This document shows positions 29,373 to 41,515 of a stretch of DNA of 64,000 nt, piece by piece. A program made the position numbers and the translations under genes. This DNA is from Botryllus schlosseri (lineage: Eukaryota). The notes under the pieces are model-generated. The model was not told where the DNA came from, ran no database searches, and was given only the letters and a program-made list of their open reading frames with translations. Within the stretch, counting starts at the first letter, position 1; the number at the start of each line of letters is the position of its first letter. Location: assembly GCA_051294905.1 (NCBI GenBank), contig CM119372.1, positions 19,594,001 through 19,658,000 of the forward strand, written 5' to 3'.

Positions 29373-30334
29373 CAGTGGTTCTCAACCGCCGGTCCGCTGA
29401 CCGGTGTCGGTCCGCGACGACATTCCTGCCGGTCCGCCAGGTATATCACAATTTTATACTTTAATTTCAAGATGCAATGTTGAAAGCTTTTCCATTGATA
29501 AAATGAATAAAACATCAAATTTTAAACGGATTCATAACTTCGTGAGGTAACATTAGGGCTGGAAACATGTTCGATTAGACTTGAAGTTCAAGACGTTTCA
29601 TTTGACGACATGCCAGCGACAAGTACAGAACAGATACGAGTTCACTCATCGCTAAACAGCGCAGTTTAATCATTGGTTTTCGATTCATTCATTTTGTGCA
29701 AGACCGTAACTGGGGCACCCCAAACCGCTTAATTGGAGAGGGGCCGAGCTTGAAAAGGGCCCAAAATTGTTTCGCCAATGAACATAAATCAGCGTATTTA
29801 TTTGAAACTTTGTCCAACATTTTTCAATTTCTTTTCGCGCTTTGTGCGAATTGGTGTGCCTAAATGTATTGTTTATTAGGTGCCCTTCTCCAAAAAATAC
29901 GCATGATTTATAGGCATTTCGGCGTCAGCCATTACCGCGCCAAGACGTACCAACACATAATGAAGTTTAGGTTAACATGGGACTCCGAACGTGGGAGCAA
30001 AAATTCGGCCACGAGAAAACCGCTTCAGTCGAGAATGATCGAAAATTTTCGCTATTGGCGCGATCAGCTACGTAAACGCTTTGCTTACGATGAGTGGAAT
30101 GGATGTGATCACAAGTACATGTGAAATATCCACCCAACTGTAGGGTCTGGGGGCGAAGCCCCCGGAAGTTTGACTTATCACCCTCTAAATGTCACTCTCT
30201 AGCACCATATAATTGCAAAAAACGGTTGCATACTTTACATTTTGGCTTCATTTCAATTTTGAAAGTTCACCGGTCCGCAAGACATTTTTTGAAATTTTAC
30301 CGGTCCGCGAGGCGAAAAAGGTTGAGAACCACTG
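29373..30334. mobile_element. hAT (Charlie-like) MITE
   Basis: TIR CAGTGGTTCTCAACC/GGTTGAGAACCACTG; perfect 8-bp TSD CTATATAT; subterminal CCGGTCCGC repeats. Confidence 0.9.
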
Positions 30335-31272
30335 CTATATATGGTAACAATGATGGCAAAGGTTTTAAGCCGAACACATATTCAGCTAGTAGCTTGCTGC
30401 GAATGATTATAATTACAATAATACTAGTAACGGGCAGGGCACTACAATGGTCATGCCAATGGCATCTATCGACATGAATATGTTGGGTTAACCAGGATTC
30501 CATGACATTACTGGATATATGCACATTGCACATGCACATTGCACATCCTATAATTTAGATGGCAAATACGGTAGACATAGTTGTTTCATATTGTTTTATA
30601 ACTTACGGTAACTGTTATTGGGCTTAAATGCGAATTATTCATTCAGGTTGCAGAAAAGATCTTGTACACTCGGTATGTCTTCACCAAGACATAAGAAAAT
30701 ATTGGATACAGTGCCATCAAACTAGAGGGTAGACTCACTGCATCATGCTTGATTGATAGGATGCCAACTTCAAGACCGGATTTAGGCCTAGACGACATCA
30801 AAATAGAAAGCTCTGTTATTGTGATCAATACTTCCATTAGTCATCAGTCACACATCACTCATCAGTGATCAGCCATCACTGGTAACCGTAATCCAAGGAA
30901 AACTAAATGCAAGTTTATACTGAGATTGTATATATTACACTGAATACAATTTCTATGTCACAGCAATGTATTAGAAATTTAAATATTTTTAGTCTAACTC
31001 CAGCTGATCAGCTAATAAGATCAAATCAAACTGTTGTGTTAGTGTAGGCCTTGCCCTCACTCAATCATGGTAGTGAGAGAGAGAGATTTATTTCTTCGTC
31101 AACCGGAATAAACAGAATACTCATAACAAAACAAAAAAACACACAGTAATAACAGCAACACATACACAGTAATAATAGTGTGTAACTGGCTCTATAACGG
31201 TATAGACGGGTGCCGGCGATATGATCCTTACGATCTTCATGTCAAGCCGGAACCTAGGAGATGTGTAAGTAC

Positions 31273-31505
31273 TAGGATAACCATACGTCCTCCTTTCCTC
31301 CTTTAGGACAGTTTGTCCTCCTTTACAGCTCTTACAGCTAGGATAATGGACAGATTCGACTGAAAACGGGCATAAATGACGCTAAATAGCAAATACAGGC
31401 TTTCGAGCGGTAATTCGTGTGTCGATCGAAAGTGACGACCTTTTCTAACTTTTCTGATTTGGTAAAAGTGTCCTCCTTTTTGGATTCCAAAATAGGGTAA
31501 CCCTA
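31273..31505. mobile_element. Related Blackjack-like MITE, degenerate
   Basis: TAGGATAACCATACGTCCTC...AGGGTAACCCTA with TGTCCTCCTTT motifs; TSD decayed (5/8). Confidence 0.6.
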
Positions 31506-32744
31506 ACAAGTAGGCTACACTCTAACTAAAAGAGTATATTGATCTATTTATACTGCTTCATCATCCGTCTACATACCGGTACGTAAATAAATGTGGCAAG
31601 TTGCAGGTCATCTTTTACTACAATTTCTTAACACAGCTCACTACGTCTATATCACTTGAAAATTCCGTCACTACAAAATATTCCCTCGGGACCATTTCAG
31701 CAATCTATAATATAGGCTACGGCATACCAAACAGTTTACCATTAATCTGACTAGTCTAATAGCTCAAGTTCTATATATCCGTTACTGGTTAATCGACGCT
31801 ACACAAATACGAAAAATATCATAAACTATCACAACAAAGAGGACGTGGGCCGTGGGGTATACATACAACGGTCATTCGTAAAATGTTTTTCACATATGAC
31901 GCTATAAGCTGATCACTAAATAAACCAAGCGTATGGTGGAGTAGTATACTGTACGATTTGGTTTTACTCTATTCAAACACACAACTCTCGCTCGTGTCAC
32001 CGCGTCACTTTCTCCCAAGATCGTCAATCTTACGACGATCGTTGATCAGCGCGTGATTACGATCACATCATAAGAATGATAGGAATGGCGACACTCGCAG
32101 TCTCTAACCTGGATCGCTCTCTTTCTAAAGTTGAACAAGGTGAACGTGTGATTTAGTAATCCTCAATCCCACCAAGTCCTTGCGACTCCTTCCTACCTTT
32201 AGCACGTATTCTACTAATGTGGTGTTTTCAACTAATAAAACTATTAGCATAAAAAATTAACAACGTCGCTAGGTTGTAAATGGCTATGTAGTAAACAAAT
32301 GGAAGACTCTCAGTGCCAAATCCTTCGCGAAATCAGGGATCTATATAATTCAGTATATCCCTGCACGAGATACTGCAAAATTATGATCATTAAATATCCC
32401 TTTAGACCAGGCGTTTTCAGCGTTTTCTATTTATTTATTGCCAAATTTCTAACACTTTTACGGCGAACGGCCGCCATCTATTGGACGGCCGGAAAAGCAC
32501 CACCTGCTGAGCGCTTCCAAAGTATTATCTATCATCAGAGTATATCTATCATCGAGCTTCATCCAAGCTCTTAAAATACCTTTGTGCAATGCGCATTTCA
32601 GTGGTGATTCGTCCAATCGGGCAACTGGGGCATTACAGGAATAAAACGTTATGTATTTTTGTCCTGATGTTTTTGAAGTCGTGTATGCACTGTTTTGTTC
32701 ATTTAAATTGTTGGCATTGGCTTCACCACACGTGAAGGGACAGA

Positions 32745-32995
32745 TATGGTATTCTTTTTCGCCTGCACCATCAAGATGCTTTGACGACGGAGATGCGATA
32801 CGGCCTTTATGGTAAGGACACCTAGTCTGCACCCCCGGTTTTTCTCCTCCATAGGCTACTATCCGTGATTGCTAAGCGCCTAGCAGGACGGCCGCGGATA
32901 CCAGTTTTCGAGTCTTTGGTCCGACCCGGCCGGGGATCGAGCCCACGACCTACCGATGGAGAAGCCGTACGAACAACCATTACACTATCTCGCTC
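32745..32995 (-). mobile_element. tRNA-derived SINE, near full length
   Basis: The minus strand reads GCGAGATAGTGTAATGG...GGCTCGATCCCC...GACCAAAGACTCGAAAACTGGTATCC...CGTATCGCATCTCCGTCGTCAAAGCATC...AAAAAGAATACCATATCT. Confidence 0.75.
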
Positions 32996-33152
32996 TGAAG
33001 ACATTACTCCGCGCGGGTTCGCGAAGATGTTGAACGTAATCAGCTTCCAAAATAGGCCGTGAGTAAGTCTGCAAATGTGCCGACCTTTAATTAGTAATCA
33101 GCTCATCAAATTTTGAGCTGGGCAACGGAACATTTTCAAATTGGAAATGGAG

Positions 33153-33600
33153 TCATCATCACCATCATTGGTTTATTAGCAATTTTATCAGTTCAATACA
33201 CCACAAAAATGCGATACAATGAAAAGAAAGGAAGATGTCGAAGCGATTAGGAGTTGTCTATGGAATCGGACACCCACCTTGGCCTAGGCGATGTAAAGAG
33301 GAGGCATGCACACTGAATGAAAGTAAAGAAGATAGTATAGAAAAAGGAAGCGACAAGAAATAGGGCGGCATGTCAGGGGAAGCGAGATCGATAGGTCAGC
33401 CGTGGTCCGGTAATCTTGAGGATGGACTGTATTTATTTAGTAGTAATTGCTTGTATTTCGACTTGAATGTGGACACTGGACATGCTCGTCGACTGCCTGA
33501 TGGCCGGCGACCACAAAAGGTTAGAATTAGACCCCCGGATGTGCGGTGTTTACACTGCTCAGTGGTGCAGTGCGCACCGGCAGTAGGCTGATAAGTAATT
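33153..33600 (-). mobile_element. CR1-group LINE 3' end
   Basis: The ORF end STFKSKYKQLLLNKY is followed by a 3' UTR, AATAAA and a (TGA)n tail; the tail is also copied at about 43430-43480. Confidence 0.6.
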
Positions 33601-33902
33601 TTATCGATGTGACATGAACATGACTTAACGATGTACAATTACGTTTCTCGCATTTTCCAAGTCATCATCCTCCATCAGCTCTACCGCTATATCTGATTAT
33701 ATGGGCGGAGAGAGGATCAAAATTATCCTGTAGTATATGGAAGAACCAATATTATGGACATAATTCATTCAAATCATTTAACGACCAGATGCATATAGTA
33801 AGCCTCCAGAAGTTGCATCGATTACCCTACCGTGGGCCCAAGTTCAGTGTTCATTTGGGCGGCAGGGGGCTGTAAAAATGTGACGTCGGCCCTGGTTACA
33901 AC

Positions 33903-35474
33903 CAGAGTTGGATCAATTACATTATTTCAGTTCAATTACAATTACAATTACAATTACTTTCATGAATGTTTCAATTACATTACAATAACAATTACTCCAT
34001 GCTAAAAATATCAAATTACAATTACAATTACTCCTTGCATGCTTCAATTACATTACAATTACAATTACAATTGCTGCTGTTGAACATGAAATTGAATAAT
34101 CATAAATTCAACCGTGCTCCTTGACAACCGTATCGTCGTATTTAACAACAATTCAAGTCTAGTTCAGATTGTGTAGTAATAAATGCGTTTATGTGCGTAC
34201 ACCGTACATAGTATGCTATGTAAGATGTCATTGTGACGTAATATAAACGTGTTTTGTATACTCGGTAATTATGGCTCACGTAATTGGAAATGTAAAATGT
34301 TATTTACGTAATTTCCTATGGGTTAGGATTAAGGATAGGGCGCAGTATGTCGTTGAAAAAGTATTATAATATATGCACGTGTTGGATTTGCGTATATAGT
34401 ATATGATTGAAGAAAAATTATTATTTTTATCGAGGGACGTAGGAATTAGGATGAGGAGTAAAAACAAAAACGTGCTTTGTCAGATAAGACGTTATATAAT
34501 ATCCAGTGGTCTGGTTAGTTAGCCAGACGAAGTAACGATTCAGCATCGTGATCTGAAATCGTATTGTAGATTGCCAACCCACGGATAGATGCGCAAGATG
34601 TGAGTCACGGATGAATGCACCGACAAACGTACTGCCCTGCAGAGCCGGCTAAAAGCAGCAAACTTTGTAGTCCTAGAGCTGGCGATCCATGCGTCCAAAT
34701 TTGATGCAACTCGTCTTTATCGTAAGCTATTGATGTACTAATTCCGAAAATACAAAATAAAATCTCGTCAGGGCAATGTAACTGGTCCAAAATAGCCGTT
34801 TAAGGCCGACTGTTCTGAAAAGTGAGAGCGCTGCAGCAGCATGACCACAACAATTAGCAATTACGCCCAGCGATTGTTCAGAACAATGCCGATTCCCAGA
34901 CTTTCACGACTATTTTGGGATGGTACCATTGCCTGGAAATATACTTTTATTGCGGAATCAGTGCGACACTAGCTTTGATTAGGACCATACATATCAAATT
35001 TCGGCGCTTGGATCGCCAGCTATAGGATTATCAATTCTGCTGCTTTTAGCCGGCTCAGCAGTTCGCTTCTCGGCGTATTCAATCGTGAGTCACGTGTTGC
35101 GAATCCATCCGTTGATTAGTAATCTAAAAATTGTATACAATGGCAGCCGAGGCCATCATAGCGGTAAAAATGAAGAAAAAAACTTCGCCCGCAAGGGCGC
35201 AGTCAAGGGCTTCCGCGAATGGATCCACCAAATTCCTTGTCGACATTTAAAGATAATGCATTATAAGTCAATTATTTTATGTTGTGCTTGTCAGGTCTCA
35301 ATAGCAATTTAATGTAATTGAAATTGTAATTGAGCAAAATTTTTGTCAAATTACAATTACAATTACAATTACACAAAATAAAAATGCTTTAATTACAATT
35401 ACATTACAATTACATTGAAAAATGTAATTAATTACATTCAATTACAATTACAAATTACAATTGATCCAACTCTG
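33903..35474. mobile_element. hAT-type non-autonomous element with (CAATTA)n subterminal arrays
   Basis: TIR CAGAGTTGGATCAAT/ATTGATCCAACTCTG; perfect 8-bp TSD GTTACAAC; CAATTA arrays at about 33913-34072 and 35348-35462. Confidence 0.9.
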
Positions 35475-36227
35475 GTTACAACTTACGACACACAACCACA
35501 TACTCCTGAACCGAATCGTGACCACCTATAGTAGATAGAAAAAGTTTTGCAATTGTGACGTCATATTAATCTACAATGTGCTCATACCTCCTGTTAAAAT
35601 CCGCTAGTTGGCGCTAAAAACGTCCGGAATCTGTGCCACAAAAATATGGTAACCCTAGAGTGGTTAAGATATTGGAATCTCTCAAACGTATCAGAAACAA
35701 ATTTCTCTCTTGAGGAGCACAGGATTCCAAGTTGGCATTTCTATATGGGACGCATCTGTAACCGCTCGGTTCCGGGGCCATAATGACTCCGGACTATCTG
35801 GTTGCAAGACCAGTCATGCGTAAGGTAGCATGTGATATTGAAAAGAGGAAGTTAGTCTTCTGGTATGTTTCACAAGTATTAATATGAATTAATAAAGTAA
35901 TAATGTTATTATCAACTGATTTGTCAATCTTGTAAGGAGGTCAGGGCATGCGTAGATCACGCAGTCACGGAGTGATCAGATCACGTGATCACGCTTGCGT
36001 GGTCGGCTCAGTGTTGAATTGACTTGGCGCGGGGCGGACGTGCGACGTTCGACATACTCGTATCTGTTCATGACATCGCATTGTACATTGTGTGTGAATT
36101 GTTCAGATGAAAAATATATCCCAACGATTGTTATTGCTCACAAATCAACCATTCGTGGTCTGCTCGTTATTGCAACTGTAGGTTGAGGTGGGGTGTTAGG
36201 GTTGGGTAGGGTAGTTGGGACAGGAGA

Positions 36228-36663
36228 CATTAGGGTTCGGGGAGTGGGACATTAGGGTTGCCGGAGGTGGGATATTAGGGTTGCCGGGGTTAGATATTAG
36301 GGTTGCCGGAGGTGGGATATTAGGGTTGCCGGGGTGGGATATTAGGGTTGCCGGGGGTGGGATATTAGGGTTGCCGGGGAGTGGGATATTAGGGTTGCCG
36401 GGGGTGGGATATTAGGGTTGCCGGGGGTGGGATATTAGGGTTGCCGGGGGTGGGATATTAGGGTTGCCGGGGGTGGGATATTAGGGTTGCCGGGGGTGGG
36501 ATATTAGGGTTGCCGGGGAGTGGGATATTAGGGTTGCCGGGGGTGGGATATTAGGGTTGCCGGGGGTGGGATATTAGGGTTGCCGGGGTGGGATATCAGG
36601 GTTGCCGGGGGTGGGATATTAGGGTTGCCGGAGGTGGGATATTAGGGTTGCCGGTGGTGGGAT
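36228..36663 (+). repeat. 23-bp G-rich minisatellite containing TTAGGG, left part
   Basis: Unit GGGGGTGGGATATTAGGGTTGCC, about 18 copies. Confidence 0.95.
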
Positions 36664-36751
36664 CAGTGGCGTAGCAGCCATCTGGCGGTTCTGGCTCTGC
36701 GCCAGGGGCGGCAGGCTCCAAGGGGGCGGCAAAATGAGGCTGCACAGTGAG

Positions 36752-38866
36752 AGAGCTGCCTGCATCATCGTGATGCTTTGACGACGGAGATGCGATAAGG
36801 ACTTTATCAGTGGCGGCTCGTCCTATAGGGCAACTGGGGCATTGCCCCACCTAAAATTCTGTTCAATAACAATTCTTTACCATTTATAGACGCACACCTA
36901 TCTATATAAACCGAAATCACAGCGAAAATCGTATACTTCTTGTCCTTTCGCTTGTAAATGCCCATATATAGCGAAGTCTATGCGAAAATCAAATTCTCTT
37001 CAGTGTTTTCGCTTTGCGAATGCCTGGCAGGGGCTTGCCCCGGTAGCGCTCATAACAAGCTTTCACTGTCTATTCTCTCAAAACCGCGCATAATAAAGAA
37101 ACGGTGATTTACTCTCTCCTATTCATAAAATTACCGAGCAACCGGGGCACGATAGCTCTGTGCCCTTAAGGTGTGATGTAACAATAGTATCTATAGCTGA
37201 ACTCTGTTACCGTCATATGCGTTTAGTCGACCTTTGTTGGTATAGGTCGATTTTAATGGGGTTTCACACCATGAAAACTCTTGAAACTTGTTATGTCATG
37301 TCGTGATGGTGGTATTTAACACTGCCCCAAGTTTCAGGGTTTCTACTTAAAGTTTAGGGTAGTAATTCCGTTTCCGAAGTTGAGTGTGTGCTGATCCGTC
37401 ATGTATCGCAAACAGATTTTACTCAAAAGCCGGTATTGGTATCCATTGGTTTTGACGGTGTTCAATATTGAGATCGGTTATGACATTTGGCACGGTAAGT
37501 CTTAATGTTAGTATCGAACGCTGTACCAAGTTTTAAGTTTGTCACTGAACTGTGTTAGTGGTAATTTCGTTTCCTAATTCGAGTGAGAGCTGACTTGTCA
37601 TTTATCGCTAACAGATTATACGCAAAGCCGGTATTGGTCTCTATTGATTTTAACGATGCTCCTTACCTAGATCCGTCATAAGCTTTTGCACGGTATGTCT
37701 TGATTTTAGTATCGAACGCTGTGCCAAGTCTCAAGGTTGACACTCAATGATTAGGGCAGTAATTTCGTTATCAAGGTCGAGTATGGTAAAGATGTGCTCC
37801 GATCTGACACTTTAGCCTACAACACATTGCGGATTTCACGCAAAAGCCGGTGTATCTGCGGTAACGTTAAGTGAGATGATGATATCATTCTCAGTTTGCA
37901 TTCAAATATTTACTTTGATCGTATATTCTCCAATGTCAATTTCACCGTGAAATTGTGGCCTTCAAGCCATTTGCGTACAACCCCTCGTCACTTGATCAGC
38001 CTATTCCTCAGTAAATTTTACGCAAAATTCGGTGTTGGTCTGTTTGCATTAATTTTGACAGTGTACCATACCGAAAAGGGCCATGAGGCCACTTCTCGAT
38101 AATGTCATGTAACAGTGTACCAAGTTTAAGGCTTTCATCCACGTATTTATTCGGTAATATATTTTTCAAAGGCGATTTCGCAGCAGACCTATAAGACAGT
38201 AATAAAAACGTTTGTGTCGTGTTACAGTCTCCAGTTTCAAGGCCAAAATCTCTTATGCTGTACCGAGACCAAATTTCCGAGGCTGCTATTCTTAGTCCTT
38301 TACAATGATGTTTTGGATTCAATAGGACAGGCCCAATCTATGAGATAACAATTGCGTATCTGTCCGAATTCGTTGACCTTTCCAATTAGGCTTACGCTAT
38401 CTCTCGAGTTATAGTCATTTCCATTTCTGCAGATAATTAGTCAGGTCTAATGCGAACATGAACCGCGTTGAATCTTTGCTCCGTACGCCGTTTACGCAGT
38501 TACCACACTTCAAGTCACAGCTCACCAGCGGACCTCTCGTGGCACATACGTTAAAATCACTGTTGCCCAGTTGCCGGGAAATTCATGTTACCGTACCATC
38601 ATTAAGTTACTTGTTTACGTTGGAAAACGCCATTGTGACGTCATCTTGATAAAAAGTCGCTTGCAGCCCTTGCCCCACCACCCGATATTGTCACGAGCCG
38701 CCACTGGACTTTATAGTAAGGTCATCTAGTCTGCACCCCGTTTTTTTCTCCTCCGTGATTGCTGGGCGTCTAGCGGGATAACCGCGAATCCAGTTTTCGA
38801 GGCCGGGGATCGGGCCCACAACCTACCAATCAAGAAGCCGGACGCCTCACCATTACACTATCTCGC
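36752..38866 (-). mobile_element. SINE copy split by the 36808-38706 insertion
   Basis: The tail (TGCTTTGACGACGGAGATGCGATAAG) lies left of the insertion and the body/head lies right of it; rejoined across the GACTTTAT TSD they match the 32745-32995 copy. Confidence 0.75.
36808..38706. mobile_element. Nested hAT-type non-autonomous element
   Basis: TIR CAGTGGCGGCTCGT/ACGAGCCGCCACTG; perfect 8-bp TSD GACTTTAT; degenerate internal repeats of about 200 bp (AGCCGGTATTGGT near 37428 and 37626). Confidence 0.9.
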
Positions 38867-40113
38867 GCGGCGTGTAGACAGCCGGCTAAAAGAAGAGTGC
38901 TTGGTAGTCCTATAGCTGGCGTCCCGTCAGCTAAAATTTAATCAAACAGGTCTCAATCGAAAGCTAGTGTCGCACTGACTCCGAAAACACGAATTAATAT
39001 GGTAACATGGCGAAGGAATCACTCCGAAATAGCCGTCACGGCCGATTGTTCGGAGAGTTCGCAGAAAAAGGAGAATGTCTGGCGAACAAACAGAAGATGC
39101 TGGCCTCAGTGTTGTTGAAGAATTTAGACGATGCATGTTTCAAGCATAGGACAGATTTAAACTTGAAGCTGAAACTAGGTTTACCGGCATTCACCACTTA
39201 AATGATATATTTGGATTTTTGAATTCCCACGCGCTGCTGCAAAGCGAAAGTCACAATTTATTCACCAGCGCTTTTAGAAGCACTTATGACGACGAGGTGG
39301 ACTTTTTGGCGTTAGCTGCGAAAATTGTCATGCGTTATACCTCGAATTAGGGATCATATAAAGCAGAAGATTGCTAGCTTTTCGTACAAACCAATATGAG
39401 GCCTCCTAGGACAGGGGTTCTCAACCTAGGGGCGCGCCCCCGTTGGGGGGCGTGAAAGCATCTTAAGGGGGCGCGAAGAATCGGTCAAATGATTTTTTTT
39501 TTCGCGAACACAAATTAAGTTATAATCAAATGAAGTTGTTCAACTTGAGATTTTAAAAGGGTTAAGAGGCTGGTGCGGAGCAGTGAAACCACGTTTGATC
39601 GTAGTGCAACAACGTTTGATGTTTTACAGTGGTTGTTCAATGCAAAGCTACTTGATTCGACACCGTATTTATGCTCGTGTCTGAAACTTTATCTGAACAT
39701 TGGTGTTTCAACTGCGAGCTGTGTGAGGAGCTTCTCAAAGCTCAAACTGATTAAGTCTTATATATTTAGTTCTATCATGAATAATGATCGGCTATCAGCT
39801 CCGTCCATTCTGTCTATAGAAAGAGACTATACGTTCAAAAACTTGAATTTGAGGATATTATCGCTGCTTTTGCTTTGAGGCGGCCATTAATTTTCTATTT
39901 GTATAATACGTTCGTTCGCTATTTCTTGTTTTTATTATTTTTGGCGTCATTAACGTCGAGACGGTAAGGCTGAGAAGCGGCATATTATTTGTAATTATTC
40001 CTATTGACAAGATTACTTGAACATCAATCTATGTCGAAATTTGATGCGGTCCACCTAGGGGGGCGGCATTTTCAAGAGAGCCAGGGGCGGCAGCACATGC
40101 TGCTACGCCAGTG

Positions 40114-40222
40114 GGTGGGATATTAGGGTTGCCGGGGGGGGGGGGGATATTAGGGTTGCCGGGGGTGGGATATTAGGGTTGCCGGAGGTGGGATATTAGG
40201 GTTGCCGGGGTGGGATATTAGG
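40114..40222 (+). repeat. 23-bp minisatellite, right part
   Basis: The same unit resumes immediately after the hAT element (about 4.5 copies). Confidence 0.95.
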
Positions 40223-40509
40223 CCACATGCTGCAAAGCTGCGGCATCAAACTCCAAGTGCCGAGTTCCCTGGCAAACAATCATGGTGAACCGGTAGCATG
40301 CGTGGTAGATTCTTCGATATCAGGCTCTCGCACTGGGAGATCTACCACGGCACGTGATTGTTCCCTACCTGAGAATCATATCACATTTAATGCATTTTTA
40401 ATTCAAAATTGTTCGAGGGCCGCATTCACCGAGGTCCAGAGTACTCGAAAAACGCCATGAATACCACAAGTAGACCACGCGTGCTTGATATACAAAATTT
40501 CGAGTTCGT

Positions 40510-40588
40510 CGAGGGCCGGGCTCTCCAAGGGCCGGGTTCTCCGAGGGCCGAGTTGGTAGGGCCGGGTTCTCCAAGGGCCGGGTTCTCT
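40510..40588. repeat. Short 14-16-bp tandem repeat (AGGGCCGGGTTCTCC-like) x5
   Basis: Seen directly; possibly the subterminal repeat of a DNA transposon. Confidence 0.75.
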
Positions 40589-41101
40589 GGTAATCTTTGA
40601 AACGATGAAAATAAAAATAAACCTGATTGATTGATTGATGGTTCTATGTTCTGTATGAAATTGGAATCCGGTGGCTTCAGTACACCACAATTGAAAAAAT
40701 ACTTAATAACAAACTTAAATGCATTGGCAAATGTAATTAGAAAAATATTGATGACATGGGCAACAACCTACGGAGGTTAGTTATCTATAGTCTGTACCTC
40801 TCTGCTAGACATCCCTGTCGTTTTGTGATGAACAAATATCCGGTTCCGCGGGTTTGTCTTTTCTATTCCAATCACCGCGATACGGATAATGAATGATTAC
40901 TGAGCTGATCTTTCATGTCGTTTGTCTTCCGCACGGTCGATATCAATAGTCACCATCACGATTGGCTGCCAGACTGCCTTGCCTGAGCAATTGTGGTACC
41001 GGTAGGTTTTTTGTCAAAATATATATAATTTATTGTGACAAGTCGAGTGATTTTTCACTGCCGTATCGATTTATCCCACCCGCCAGGCCGCCATCACCAA
41101 T

Positions 41102-41300
41102 ATGTTGAGTGAAGATCATTTTGCCAAAAGCAGTTCCCTTCTCTCCGAGCTGAACTCAGACATTCGGCTTCTCAAAGAAGAAATACGATCCGCATTCGCT
41201 AAGCATAAAAATTACATGACGTCTCGAGAGAACTATCTTCTTGATCAAGTAGATAGCATAAAAGAAGCAACCACGTCAATGGTAATGAAGCAACAAATGA
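41102..41300 (+). CDS. NCOA4: NCOA4/ARA70-like gene, 5' part (codons 1-66), interrupted by the foldback element
   Basis: EIRSAFAKHKNYMTSRENYLLDQVDSI resembles the ARA70-domain motif (recalled human QIHSCISRHLECLRSREVWLYEQVDLI). It joins 47204 in frame once the element and one TSD copy are removed. Confidence 0.75.
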
Positions 41301-41515
41301 ACCAAAGGGAAGTCAGCCACGAAATTTCCAGCCACGAAATCGCAAATTCGCAACTAAAGCATCCCAGCAGAAATATCACATGAGTCGAACATATCGCAGG
41401 ATCAAACGTTCAGGCCAAGCCACATGCAGAAGCCACGAAATCCCACCATTTTTCTAAACATCTATCCACTGCAAAATAACAACCCTATTCAGTAGTTTTC
41501 AGCCCTGGGCCCAAA

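Larger units (their letters stand above)
36664..40113 (+). mobile_element. hAT element (same family as 15170-16319) inserted in a minisatellite and carrying nested insertions
   Basis: Termini CAGTGGCGTAGCAGC...GCTGCTACGCCAGTG; perfect 8-bp TSD GGTGGGAT (36656-36663, 40114-40121). ORF 39573-39878 reads IGVSTASCVRSFSKLKLIKSYIFSSIMNNDRLSAPSILSIERD, a hAT dimerisation-domain remnant. Confidence 0.9.

Noticed and set aside
36228..36663. True telomere or interstitial (TTAGGG)n tract; ORF 36215-36415
   Set aside because: TTAGGG is not tandem here, and the ORF is only the translated repeat.
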